A stretch of DNA of 50,485 nucleotides, the filler included, from Ionaspis alba (Eukaryota): assembly GCA_964255285.1 (NCBI GenBank). It is 2 parts of 2 records of this genome, joined end to end, with 100 filler letters (N's around TTAATTAATTAA, not from the genome) between each part and the next. Parts side by side here need not be neighbours in the genome. Positions count along the whole stretch, not along the records: positions 25,344 to 50,485 come from CAXUUL010000161.1; 1 more part is not named here. One strand, given 5' to 3'. Positions within the stretch are counted from its first letter, which is position 1, and each line of letters begins with the position of its first letter. The notes below the pieces were generated by a model. That model did no database searches and was not told the origin of the DNA. It worked only from the letters and a program-made list of their open reading frames with translations. Below are positions 34,631-47,432 of the stretch, in pieces. The position numbers and the translations under genes were made by a program.

Positions 34631-35074
34631 CTTACAAAGGTTTTCGAGGCACGAGCCTCAATGTAACGTATATATGAAAGATTGCCCAATGCTAACATCC
34701 ATGAAACAACGGCAACAAGAATTGTTGTATAAAAGCTGGCAATTTCTTATACGCCGTACATATAGAGGAACAACAGTCCATGGGCTGAAAGACGCACACC
34801 ATCACGAGGGCCTGCGAAAAAAGCCATTCGAGCGTCATAGTACATCTCGGTGGGGACCCCTCGGCGTTGTTCCATCTAGGCCGCAGGGTCAGGAACGCGA
34901 TCTGCGCTAGTTGCTTCGGTCCGGGACTTTGGAATCGGCAATCTTCCTGAGTGCTGATTGGGCATGCGCAAATCGCGGTCGGGCGCTTATGATACTCCGG
35001 CTAGACTCCCTTAAAGCCGAGCTGCCCCGTCCTCCTTCACTTTCCTTTGTTGGCAATCTGCGGATGATCACATT

Positions 35075-35907
35075 ATGATGGCTCAAAGTGAGGATCCAGT
35101 GACTCAACAAGAATCTGAGACTCAGGCTGCGCTTTCTCCTCGGCGTAGTCATGGTGAGAAGGATGCTTCAGATTGCAACATTATCTCGTGCTAACACGGT
35201 CGCAAGACTCGGAGCAGGGAGAAGAGCAGGAAGAGGGCGCTATCAAAGAAACTACCGAAGAATCAGCCAATCCACCTCTGCCACAAGAGGAGGTCCCCCC
35301 TCTACCCCAGGAAGCACTTCCAGGAACTGCTCATGATGATGGATGGGCACCGGTCTGGGATGATAATGCGCAAGCTTATTACTTTTACAACCGATTTACC
35401 AGCATTTCACAGTGGGATAACCCTCGAGTGCCAGATGCACCAACCCAGCCCGGACCTCCTGGCGTAGGCAATTATGATAGAATACCAGACAAAGCTCCAG
35501 GCACCGAAGATCCACTAGTTCGACGTCCATACGGAGGTTACGATCCCTCTATACACGGTGACTACGACCCCACAGCACCTTATGCGCAGGAAGCGCAAGC
35601 TTCAGAAGAAGCAGCCGCTCTGCCAGCGGACCCTTCTGCGGTGTATGCCGCAACAGGAGCATTCAACCGCTTCACAGGAAAGTGGCAAGCCGCTGCTCTG
35701 ACGCCTGAGAATTTCAATGATGAGAATAAGAGCAAGCGGCAGATGAGCGCTTTCTTTGATGTGGATGCCGCGGCGAACAGCCACAATGGGAAGAGCTTGA
35801 AGGCGGAACGCAGTGGGAAGAAGTTGACTAAGCAGGAGCTTAAGGCGTTCAAGGAGAAGCGGAAGGAGAAGAAGGAGGAGAAGAGGAGAGCTTGGTTGAG
35901 GGATTGA
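35075..35907 (+). CDS. WW domain-containing protein
   Basis: Exon 35075-35153, intron 35154-35206. WW domain GWAPVWDDNAQAYYFYNRFTSISQWDNP, then FNRFTGKWQ...RQMSAFFDVD and a basic C-terminus. Confidence 0.85.
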
Positions 35908-36189
35908 GACCAGCGTTACTGTAGTAGCATTGCGCGAGGTTGACGTTACCTTCATACCTGGTATCAGGTAGTGACTTTTCCACATATTTGAATTCTTTGA
36001 AATGGAATGGCAGCTAGGGCCGGTGAAGTGCAGCCATAGTATATGAACCACTTAGAGAGCAATGTTCATGTGCGCCGAAATACCGATCTCAGACCTTCAC
36101 GTCATGAGAAAAGCGTTGAGTTGCTAGGTCCTTATATAAGCTCCTCTCATATCTTTAACATCCCTAGAACAAAATTCCAATCCTCAGAA

Positions 36190-36885
36190 ATGCCTTCAAC
36201 AACCCTACCCACCCCTTCTGAAGACGACATAGACGACCTCCTCTACTTCGCCCGCACTGCCTCCCTCTCAGACCTCCAATCAACCCTATCCACCCTCTCC
36301 AAAACCCTCGCCTCAAATCCCCATGACATCCTCCTCACCGCCATTGACCCCTACAACGGCAACGGCGTCCTCCACATGGCCAGCGCAAACGGGCATACGG
36401 GTACATAAGGCCATACCTCTCCTCACTCTTCGTCAGCGAGTACTGATCTCGGGGCAGAAATAATATCCTCCATCCTCACCATCCTTCCCGTCTCTCTTTC
36501 CTCACCCACCCAAACCCCACAAACAAGCACCACCGCATCGCCTCTCCTCAACGCCCAGAACTCATCCGGCAACACGCCTCTCCACTGGGGCTCTCTGAAC
36601 GGTCATCTCGAAGCTGTCAAGCTCCTCGTTGGCGCTGGCGCGGACTCGACCATTGTGAATGCCGCTGGCCATGATGCGGTCTACGAGGCTGAGGTGAATG
36701 GGAAGGACGAGGTTGTGGGGTGGTTGTTGAGGGAGGGGATAGGGTTGGAGAAGGCTGTGGGGAAGACTGGTGGAAATGTGGAAGGGGGAGATGGTGCCGA
36801 GGGGGATATGGAGGTAGAGGATGGGGAGGGTACGGATGAGGCGGGAGAGGGGGTGGAGGCGATGGGGATTCGGGAGGAGCCTTGA
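36190..36885 (+). CDS. YAR1: Ankyrin repeat protein, Yar1-like (Rps3 chaperone)
   Basis: SEDDIDDLLYFART, ankyrin repeats GNGVLHMASANGH and NAQNSSGNTPLHWGSLNGHLEAVKLLV, and an acidic tail. Intron 36401-36457. Confidence 0.8.
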
Positions 36886-37569
36886 AAGATGTGGAAGTTT
36901 TCTGGGTCCTCGACGATAAGTTCGGTTTCAGGCAAGAGCGATCACCAACGGATATTTCGAGGGCTGGGTCGTACGCTGTGATTGTCGCTCTGCACAGCTT
37001 TGCACAAAGGTTGTAACAGACCTGGATACAGAGACGTCTGAAGGATGACAGGCAGTGGTGATTGCAGCATTCGAGCTGCTGGTTGATTGCTCGACTGTCG
37101 TGGAAAAATATATCCCAGGTTGCTGCAAGAAGCTGGGGCCTGGCCCAGAAGATCGAGTTTGGACGTGGCTGCAGGTTTGTGTGCTTGAGCAAGAGGTGTC
37201 TCCAGAAGATTGTTCACAAGTCGAGGCAGCAAGACTTGAAGAGTGTACTGTCTAGAGATACCCCAGACTGGATTTACTCTGATCGCTCAGGATAGTGGTC
37301 TGCGGAACCAACGGACGCAGTCCAGCCAAAATCTCAAGGAGCATGGACGAAGCTCATGTCTTTAATCCGATGTTATAAATCTGCTGAAATAAAGATAGCC
37401 GACCAATGCATGCCGCACGCATCCCCCCGCAATCCTTATGCTATTAACGATGTTTCCAAATTCCAATCCAAGCATATCCCCCAAACACCATGCTATTGAG
37501 CGAGATGCAAAGCCCATGTAGTTACCTCTTTATATATATCCTTCCAATATGCACACCCAAGATTTCCTT

Positions 37570-38807
37570 CTATCGTCTTCCCACACCCTCACCATCATCC
37601 TCTCTCACATCAACCATCCCCGCCTCCCTTCCCCTATAAATCCAAAACTGCCCAAAAATCGCCAAATCCAACAGTAGCGTGCCCGCACTCCCAACCAACC
37701 AGCTTGCATTCACAAGCACATACCTCCCATACTCCCTTCCCCACTCGCCCACTTCACACCCATCCACCATACCCTTCCCCAACGGTCCTAACATATCCTG
37801 CTCCCTAGCACAAGCCGGCTCATACGCCAGAATACTCATGACATACGTCAAATTCCCCACACACGCAAAGAGGAAAAACAGCATGCTCACACCTTCGGTG
37901 CTCTTACGGCGATAGTTAAGCAGTAATTGCGGAATGCGCGAACCGAGATAAAGGACAGCGCAGAGGTATCCGAAGACTTGGCCCCAGACGTCGAAATAAA
38001 TATCCGAATCCTGCAGCACGTGTAACCCGTCGCCGAAATCGAGGGTCTTGTTGTGATGATGTTGGGGTGTGCGGTAGGAGGAGCGCGAAGAGCGCGTTGA
38101 GAGCCACCAGCCAAAGACGCCGGCTAGGCAGACGAGGAGGAGAGCGCTGGTGTTGAAGATGATGGCTTGGATGGTGGAGGTTGGTTTGAGATTGTGCGCG
38201 GCGGGAGGGTCGTTGGGACGGGGTGGTGGTAAGAGAGGAGTTGCAGGCGAGAGGTGCGTGCCGTCGACGCTGGTGAGGTGGGAGTGGAAGGAGGACGTTG
38301 AGATGCGCCGAGACATTGAGCGATCCGCGTCGGCGGGCGTCAAATGTCCGGAACTGCCCTCACGTTCTAATAATGGAGACGCTTCCGTCGCTTCTTCTTC
38401 GTCTGCATTGGGGATAGGAGGTGGAAGTTTGGTATCCGCATCCGAGAGCGTGAAGCCTCGGTAGTAGAAGCATTGGCCCAGCAGTACAATGTCAGCGAGG
38501 GTGTAGTACACGGCGAGGATAGTCATGGTAGGTAGAACGCCTTGCAGGACGGCGCCGAGGATGTTGAAAACATCGCCGAGGAGCCAGACGATGATGAAGA
38601 CTATGGAGAGGCCGTCGGCGGAGGAGCGCCGGATGTTTTCGATTATTTGGGGAGAGAAGACGACGACCCAGCAGGCGATTGAGATCGAGCTGTGGAGTGG
38701 GAAATAGTTAGCATGGTATCAGGTTCATGTGGAAGAGGGGAAATGTACCCGCAGATGCCACTCAATGACTCGACTGAGAGGTGCAGGCCTTGTGTTGGTG
38801 GATACAT
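37570..38807 (-). CDS. PQ-loop vacuolar cationic amino acid transporter (Ypq/PQLC2 family)
   Basis: Intron 38690-38748. Two PQ loops: ISIACWVVVFSPQIIEN...GLSIVFIIVWLLGDVFN and LYLGSRIPQLLLNYRRKSTEGVSMLFF. Confidence 0.92.
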
Positions 38808-39232
38808 TATGTGAAAGGCACAGTGTGAGTCTAGATAAGTCTGCTGTAGTTTATCTTCTATAAAAATTTGTAGGATCTATGAAAAGGATGAAGAATCCAT
38901 AGCTGATGCAGCAAGGAAATCTGATCTAATCTCTGACGTGGGATGATCTTTGTTTAGGATGGCGCTAATGTTGGAAATCTGGGGTAAATGTCGATCTAGC
39001 ATCAAAATGGATTAGACAGATCAATCGTAATTCTTCTCGCAGATCTAGAGGGACAAAAATGTATGTATGCGCGAAAAACATTACACTCATGATGATGATT
39101 CTGAGCCTATCGTCATATGAGTGGTTTAATCATACAAGATTCCTTCTTCCAGTATGCATTCCCCAGGAACGCCCCCGGGTAGTTATCCTTATCCAACACC
39201 GCGCTGCTTCAAAAACTTTATAGTACAGTGAG

Positions 39233-40397
39233 TCAGTAGCTTCCATCATTTCCATTGGCTATCGAGTGTCTCGAAGCCATTCGGGAGTTTGAATCATGAC
39301 TGCTGAGACTCTCGTTCGTCGATCTGTCTCCTGAAGTATCTAATCTGGTGAACTCGTCCCTCGCAGTCCCAATATTGATTCGTGTACAGTTGAGCTCGGC
39401 TTCGCCCGGAGGCAAGGTTGCGAGGACGTAAGTATTGTTCGTTAGTTTTGCGATGATGAGATTGAATCTTGGTGTCGAAATGAAAAATTCGTGAAATTGA
39501 GAACCGGACGAGGCCGAGGATGTGAAAGTCCTAGCAAGCTGGTGTTAGTATATGTGATTAAGGAGGACTCTTTTGGTACGGAACAAAACTTACGCTAAAG
39601 AATGCTTGAAAGTCTTGATAATATTAGATAATCTCTCGAACCGATCGACATAGGGATTCTGTTCTCCGACAGTCGATGTAACAGACATAACAGTAAGAAA
39701 GGTAGTTTGTTCGAATAGTATGACTTCTTCCGCTTCAATTGCCTCTGCCAAATGGCTCAAATACTCCTTGATGACCTTCAGATTGGGTATCAGACTGTGC
39801 ACTATATTGCCCCATGCCTTATATAGCGATTGGTCCCAAATGGTGGTCGGATATGAGGTAACACTTTTGGAGAACTTTGAAGACTTCTCCTTTATAGCCA
39901 AGGCTCTTTCTGCGAATAGGCTCTCCCGAAAATCGTTCTGCACTAAATCCATCTTGTGGACGAGACAGAAGACGCAAGCCCGCGACGAGTATTCTTCAAG
40001 CGCTCTGATAACGGCATTGTAGGTGACGAGGTCTCTTTCAAACTCGCGGGACTCAATGTCGAAGACATATATGAGGACTCCAACTTCCGAGAATACATAG
40101 GATTTTTGGGACGTGAGATAATTCTCCGTGAACGCATCTTGTCTAGCCTCTAGGTCAGCTCCCTGTACTGAATGCGAGTGAGGATCACAATCACCCTCCA
40201 CAGTCCCAGAGATTCAGAACCAGATTTCCAAGGAATTTCACCTTGCTGTGTTCGACATCAATGGTTGCGCCGAGGCGGCGCACATCTTTGGCAACAAAAT
40301 TGCTAAATATAATATTCCGCATCGAGGATTTGCCCGAGCCACTCTTTCCCATCAATAGGACCTTTTGCTTCTGCTCCTTCGGCTTTGATGCCTCCAT
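39233..40397 (-). CDS. GTR1: Rag GTPase Gtr1 (RagA/B)
   Basis: [37 protein letters not shown] (spanning intron 40143-40194), [19 protein letters not shown] and [16 protein letters not shown]. Second intron 39531-39593. Confidence 0.96.
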
Positions 40398-41061
40398 GCC
40401 TGTGATTGTACAGCGCGCCCCCACTGAGATGTTCTCCTCAAGTCGACAGAGAAAAGAGTGCCCAACAGCCAGTGCTCATGGCGCATCGGTGCGTAGACGA
40501 AGCGAGAAGACTCTCAGTTTCAAGGACATCTGCGTCAGTATAGGTCTGAGACCAGAATTATAGACAGCGATATGAATCACATCTAGAGCTTTGGATTGAT
40601 GGAGGACGTTTGATTGGTTCTTTTTCTGCGAGGGTGCTCTCCTAGCTTCCTCGGCTGTAAGCGGCATCCCACGGTTCAGAGATTGCGGAGCTGCATTTGC
40701 GTCAAGCTGATACTCATACAATAGAGCAGCAACGGCCTTTGAGCTTCATCGCTCTGTGCTCTCGCGGCGATGTGCTGTTTGCGAATCGTGCTTCTGTTAT
40801 ATAACACATTTATATATCGCTATCCATGATATAATATACTACCGTTGCATGCAAAGGCCTTGTGGATTCACATATACATATCTGGTCGGCTGTTCATATA
40901 CTGTACCGTGGAAGACACCATTAAGAGATCTGTTGTGTTTTCCCGACGCAAACATGTACTTTCTGATACATAGTATCCTCCGTCTGCTATGTTCTGCGTT
41001 GTTCGGATCCTTGAGTGGTGCCTAAAGCCATTGGCAGCATTATAGCAATTATAAGAACGCC

Positions 41062-43218
41062 ATGAGCACATGGCAAACAGTCTCGAAGAGAAGGAGCTCG
41101 GGGAAGGAGTCAGCGCATGTTGACTCTACACAACGCAACCTTGCGGGACCTTCATCTCTCCAAAGAGCATCGCCGGCGGGCTCCCAGGAGCCTTCTCGAC
41201 CGCGAGTGTCAGCTTTGCAAGATGAACTGTCACGCAAAAACGTTGATATGGCTGGGGAAAGTTCTTATTCCTGGCGGTTGCGATCCTTTCTATACGACCG
41301 CAAAAATTCGCCCCCATGGTCCCCATTGCATCTTACGGGCATTTCAGTCCCCTATGACCCCTTTCCAGATATTCTCCTTGAACGACCTCGTCCCTTACAA
41401 GGAGAAAGCGAGAATGTGTTCTCACCACAGGACCGGCTGACAAGAAGCTCAATGGCCGACTCGTTGTACCGCGTCGATCGAACTGATCTCCTATTCGGCG
41501 ATGGTCATCTACCTGATGGTCAATGGCAAGACAAGATAAGCCAAGACTTGATGGGCATGTCCACCATATACCCTGTCGGCGCCCGCCCTGAACTTCTGGA
41601 AGTGAGCACTCAGGAGCAGCCCAGACATTCTACCTGCTCCCACAATAGGCCCTTAGATGTAATGTGGGTTGAATTCAATTTACCCCTTAAATTTTTGCTC
41701 ATTGATCATCCACATTATGTAACAGAAAATTGACACTGACGGTCGTCCGAAGCTGTGATATGTGCGTGCAAGACGACGTTTCCACTCCTTCTACATATAG
41801 ACAATCTCCTACTGGATCTTTACCTTCTACACCACTCGAAGTATATATGAATCGGGCAACCCCCCCGACTACTATTACTGATCCTGACCCCTTTGATACA
41901 TTGGTCGAGGAATTGAAGAGCCTTGACGATATGAGTCGTCCTGACAGCGCGTCAGAACACACAGCTCCTAAATCTGAAGAGGTGGAATTTGCGAGAANNN
42001 NNNNNNNNNNNNNNNNNNNNNNNNNNNNNNNNNNNNNNNNNNNNNNNNNNNNNNNNNNNNNNNNNNNNNNNNNNNNNNNNNNNNNNNNNNNNNNNNNGGC
42101 TTTTGGGATCTCTCAAGCGACTGTGGAGGCCAAAAGCTGCGCAAGGATACAAACGAATTACCTGGATCTGTGTAAGTCTGCACTGCGCTATTCAGATCTC
42201 GCTGACCAAACAAGAGCTGCGGGACCTCATTATATGGCGACTTCAAGGAATCGCATCCCGGATCACTTGACTCATTCGTGGCGACACTTACTCGACCAGC
42301 CATGGGAAATCTGGCAACTGTTGGAGGACAAAGAACCACTAATATACGCACTCCAGCGCCTACTCATCTAAGGGCTGCACCGGCTCCAGCTACCACTTCC
42401 GCGATATCCAGACGATCTGTAAATCCAGATTCTTCAATTCAAGGATTCAGTACACGTCGCAGATCCCCCTCTCCAGAAGCTGTAGTCCGCACTCGCTTTC
42501 TAGAGCTCTGCGTTCGTACAGGTCGATTCACCCAGGCGTTAGGTGAGATCGACCTGAGTGGCAATCATAGTGATGGAGTTATCTTCGAAAGAATCAAGGC
42601 AAAGTATTTGGAAACTCGGAACAATTATCACGCACTATCTGCCAGCTCAAAACATCGCAGAATTTTCTCGCTGTCAGCGTTGGCCTCGCGTTTCTTGATA
42701 CCAGAGGGGGCAAGCTTCGTTAAGGTGCGATCCAATCCAGGAAAGCGAAAAAGAATACTAAAAGTACTCAGTTCCGGGTTGATATACGTCCACTTGTGGG
42801 CACTATGGCAAACCCGTCTGTGCCGCCTGAGATCGAAGTCAGAGAAGGTCGATATCATTACATCCCGTGCCCGATAGATGAACCTCCTATGCCTAGCAAC
42901 GTCTTCATGCACTACTTTACTAGTGCTGCCAATGTTCACAACACTAATTTATGGGGAAGTCGACTTCCTCAGAAGCTAGGCGCGAGCCTCTTCTTCAGCA
43001 ACGAGCCACTGTCTACTGGGTGGGGTATCTTGATCGTCGAAGGACCGAATTGGTTTCTCTTCTGGACAGCAATGATCATCTGCTTGGTCGTGAACGGTCT
43101 ACTTATAGGACTATACTCTCGTTTCCGTAATGATAATCCATCCGGTGTCGCTATTGGGTCATATTTACTAAGTATCCAGGCCATGGGACTGACCGCGATG
43201 TTTTACAAATGGCGTTGA
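41062..43218 (+). CDS. Uncharacterised fungal protein with a WxCxCG motif and a C-terminal two-TM domain (model spans a gap)
   Basis: Intron 42172-42214 gives RITWICSCGTSLYGDFKE. Then FLELCV...SDGVIFERIKAKY; after intron ~42725-42772, YHYIPCP...RLPQKL...GWGILIVEGPNW and two TM helices. The 5' model is uncertain (N gap 41998-42097). Confidence 0.65.
41998..42097. other. Assembly gap (100 N)
   Basis: N run inside the uncharacterised gene. Confidence 0.99.
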
Positions 43219-43470
43219 AGGACCCAGCGTGGTGGCATTCTCAATGATCATAATTTCTCTGCATCCTAAATCCTACGTACTGCGATCACTGAACATATAG
43301 TCATTATGCATGGCAGCATGGACGTCTTCGCTCGATGTTCTCGCTTCCAAGTGTGTCATGCCAAGACCTCGACTCCAAGTCCTTTCAGCGACCTTCTACG
43401 ACAGTGATGTGGCAAAAGCAAAGCATTTCATGTATGTCGGCATGCCATATATTATATACGTTGTCCGGCC

Positions 43471-45165
43471 ATGACGGCAGTCAACGATTTTGAGGACCCG
43501 CTTGAGAAAGAATATCCAGAGGAGGGCATATCAAGCCTAGGATCGGTTAGGAGTACCACATCGAGAAATACTCCTCTCTCGCCGATGGCGGATACAAATA
43601 ACCACTCTCACTTGCCATCATTGGCCCATAACGAGGAATGTTATCCTTATCCAGAGCACCGGTCTACCAACGAGCCAGTCGTTCTACTAAATACGCATAA
43701 TGATACTTCTCGCGGTAGAAGAGAAGGAAATGCTGATGTCATCTCCAAGATCGAAGACTGTTTCGCAGCTCTTATTGACCAGCTTCACAGCGGCTCTGAG
43801 AGTCTATCGATCCCTTTCGAGTCCAGGGCCCAGAGATCGCAATGGCTCGATTCCACATCTCGGAACTCGAGGCGGCCACCAGCGTCTCTAGGAGTATTGT
43901 CGTTCCCAGCAAGCTCGGCTCGGGGTGCCTGGAGATTCAGTACGACCAGCATTCCCGTTCATCATCTCACGGCATCTGACACAGCGATCAGCCGTGGTAG
44001 TTCGGATCTTGGAACTCGTACACGAGGCTTTGGTGAACGGAGTCGTTACCACAAAAAGGTATGTAATCTGAATGGAATGTGCAATTGGCTGCCCAACGTG
44101 TTGCGAATCAAACTAACAGCTTTTGACCATCACCTAGAGACATCTACTACAAAGACCCTGCCCTGTTTCTGAGACAAAGCGTTGTGGACCGCTATGTTGA
44201 CGACGTGGCTTTTATGTATGGAGTGCAGAGGGCACAGCTGAACGTTGTCAGTCATGTTTGACGCATTCTCGAAGACTAAGCGCATCAGGCTGATCGTTCC
44301 AAAACAAAGGTTGCAGCAGCAAAAGGTCTCGTTGCTGGATGCTTTTCGATAAAGCGCATGGATGGCAGTACCCAAGACGGCGCGGTCGAAGCTGAGGTTG
44401 AGCAGGTGCATTGCAAGATTTCTGCTTGATGCTGACAGGTACAGGGCATACTTGTGCCAGATCTACATGACATCGATGAAATGAGCATTGACGACGTATC
44501 TTGGATATTGGTGATTGAGAAAGAGGTTTATGAACCATTGCCGAACACGGATAACTAGCCCTGATCGTCTCATTAGGCTACATTCCGATCTTTGGCGTCG
44601 ACCAAATTCTGCAAGAATCCGAGTATGGGTAAAGGTATTATCTTGACGGTGAGCGCGTTTCTTCACAACGTCGCAACCACTCAAATACTAACTTCGTATC
44701 AAGGCCAAAGGATACCCTGACATCTCAACACGCTCGTTCCTCCGTCGCTTATCTCTATCTCATCTTCGAGGCACCAAGCCGCCTCCAATATTTGCCCTTG
44801 TTGACTACGACCCTGACGGCATCGGAATACTCGCGAACTACAAGCACGGTTCTATCTCACTCGCACACGAGAATTATCATCTTGAGGTTCCGCGGATGCT
44901 GTGGCTGGGTCTGAAGTCTAGCGATATTGCGGAATTCAACAAACATGGAGACGAAGCTAGTCTACTCAGACTTTCAGATAGGGATCGAAGAAAGGCATTG
45001 AAGATGTTGGAAAAGGGTGTTTTCGTTGAAGGGGGAGAAGAGCAAGACTGGCGGAGAGAGCTGCAGATAATGCTAATGCTAAACATTAAGGCGGAGATAC
45101 AGTTGCTTTGCGAAAAGGAAGGCGGTCTCGAGGGCTGGCTTGCCACCCATATATCAGCAGCTTAA
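43471..45165 (+). CDS. SPO11: Meiotic recombination endonuclease Spo11 (Topo VI-A family)
   Basis: Six introns: 43940-43991, 44059-44137, 44247-44309, 44397-44444, 44526-44576, 44649-44703. Catalytic-Tyr motif TKRDIYYKDPALF, VAAAKGLVAG, TOPRIM VIEKEATF, TAKGYPDISTR, LVDYDPDG and KAEIQ. Confidence 0.94.
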
Positions 45166-45279
45166 GATATTTGGTACGCTCTTACTATCCAACTCGTAGC
45201 TATAAATACATACAAAAGGTGATTATACTGTCTTGGACATGATACCAAGCTACTTATTTGAGAACATAGATTACCTTCA

Positions 45280-46257
45280 TTAGGCCATATATTTGGCCAA
45301 CTCTTTCTCTGTCCACTCCCACAGTTCGCACGCAAGCTTCGCATTACTCGCCTCCCTCTCCAGCTTTCCTGGTACTCCAACAGGCACATAATAAGTCCCA
45401 TTGACAATCTTACCTTTTTCAACGGTGGCCGCCCAAAGCTGATTCCACGCTCCCTCGCTTGGCTGCACAGCTTTCATATCCATGTTCGACAAGAATCCGA
45501 CCACCCTGTTTCCCCAGCTGAGCTGCTTCCTCGTCTCGGTCTCCACAAATCCCGGGTGTACCGAAATGCTCGTGATCGCCGGATACCGCCTGGCAAGCTC
45601 AGCTGCATACAGCAGGTTTGCAAGTTTGCTCTGACCATATCGGATCCAGCCGCCTGCGACGGGTGATTCCTGCACCGTTCGCAGATTCTTGAGAACAATG
45701 CCCCCAAGAGGATGAGCGCTGAACTTGTTCGAGGTCAAAGTGATGACACGCACGTCAGCGCCAGGTTCTGCAGCGGTGCGGAGGAGGGTTGGCAGGAGCA
45801 ATTTGGTGAGCATTGCATGTCCGAGACAGTTTGTGCCGAATTGGATCTCGTAGCCGTCGGATGTCAGGCCAGTGGGGAGAGCCATGACACCGGCATTCAG
45901 CATCAGGATATCCAAGCGCGAGCTGGTTGCTGTGAACTTTCGCGCTGCGGCAGAAACGGAGGAGAGGGAGGCGAGATCCATCTCTAGGAAGGTGACCTGG
46001 ACGAATGGAGAGGCAGTTTGGAGCTCAGACCTCAGATCGGAGGCTGCGGTGGAGTTGCGTCCAGTGAAGTAGATGTGAGAGGGATTGTGGCCAGCAAGCG
46101 CGAGGACAGACTCTCGGCCCAAGCCTGCGGTGCCTGGTGATGTCAGTGCGAAGTTGGAGCTAGGTGAATGGGGAGGTTACTTACCTCCTGTGATGAAGAT
46201 GACTTTGCCGGAGAGATCAGGGATATCATGTTGGGGATTGAAGGCCTTGGTACTCAT
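45280..46257 (-). CDS. Short-chain dehydrogenase/reductase (retinol-DH-like subgroup)
   Basis: Intron 46134-46184 gives DLSGKVIFITGGTAGLG. Also LDILMLNAGVM, QFGTNCLGH, catalytic YGQSK and VHPGFVET. Confidence 0.93.
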
Positions 46258-47432
46258 GGTGAAAGAATGATCAAGCTATTGATGGGACTTTGGAGATTCT
46301 TCTGGCTTGCCAATGAGGACAATGAGGTATCAGAAAGATGTAACGATATCGTTATTCAAGCGGAGTTGAGGGCTCTTTAAGACTTCGTTTTCCGTATGCA
46401 TGCAATATCTTGTATACATGATTGCCGCGTCAGCATCCAGTAATGATATTTCGCTGGACTGGATTACCAGTGCGCCTGATGCGTGTCAAAACACGTTTTT
46501 AGCACATGGTGAAGCCATAACCAACACTGTTTGATGAAGGCCACTTCGACATCTCCAATGTGGCGTACTGCATCCTAGCCAATATGAGAGAATGAATGTT
46601 TGGTGCCTAAAAAACACGTAAGCAAGGCGACGAAATAAACAATAGTGAAACAGCATTATCACGTAGTGAGGGCGACAAGCGATTGGGGAGAAGAAGGCAT
46701 GCCTGGGCAAATTGCTGCATACGTATCATTTTTACAGGGCAGTCCTTCTAAGGAGGCATTTTCGTACCCGCAATGTGTAGTTTCCATTGCCATATCCAAG
46801 TAATCTAGGGGGTATATGCACCAACATGGCACATTTTGCGCCTTTAGCTAACATGAAGGGAGGAGACGCGAAGCTCGATAATTTTCGGCTTTTCGGCTTT
46901 CACTTTAGCCCTAAGGCCGAGAAGCCCTTCCATAGACGAAAACAAAGAGCCAAGGCGCATGTGAAAGATTCGAGGCACGCAGAATATGATCGTACGACAC
47001 CAACACCATGAAAGAGACCTATCGGCAATCTTTTTACAACGATAAATTCCATGTATACCTGGTGGCCACATTAGAACCTAGATGCCGCGAATAAAGCACG
47101 TGCGCCAAGACATGTTTACAGTAGCGCTCACAATCCCTGTCAGTGGTAAACAATGCCAGTCATTTGGAAGTAAACAACGTCGCACAATGGCGCCGCTCAA
47201 AATGCTCAGACTGTTGCCAAATGCACCAAGGCTTCTTGATTCGAGACCAAGCCATGAATGAAATGATGTTATCAAACTTATCCTTGACGTGTTTGGCGCT
47301 GAATTCTGCGTCGTGGCACCAAGACATCTGTACACACGATCGAGTCTAAACAGATACCCAGCAGAACACCGCGTAGTCAAGGTTCTATGCTTCTTCTGAA
47401 GCTCATATTACTCTCGTCATTATAGGCACAAT

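Noticed and set aside
36900..37350. Overlapping 66-191 aa ORFs between YAR1 and the PQ-loop gene
   Set aside because: No recognisable motifs or consistent splice model; probably 3' UTR or intergenic sequence.
10338..45165. Apparent DNA-metabolism cluster (PSO2, RLF2/CAC1, SPO11)
   Set aside because: The genes are 13-15 kb apart with unrelated genes between them, and PSO2 lies on the other side of an artificial contig linker.
46480..47400. Short ORFs between the SDR and the phosphotransferase pseudogene
   Set aside because: No family recognisable. A very old remnant is possible but cannot be supported.
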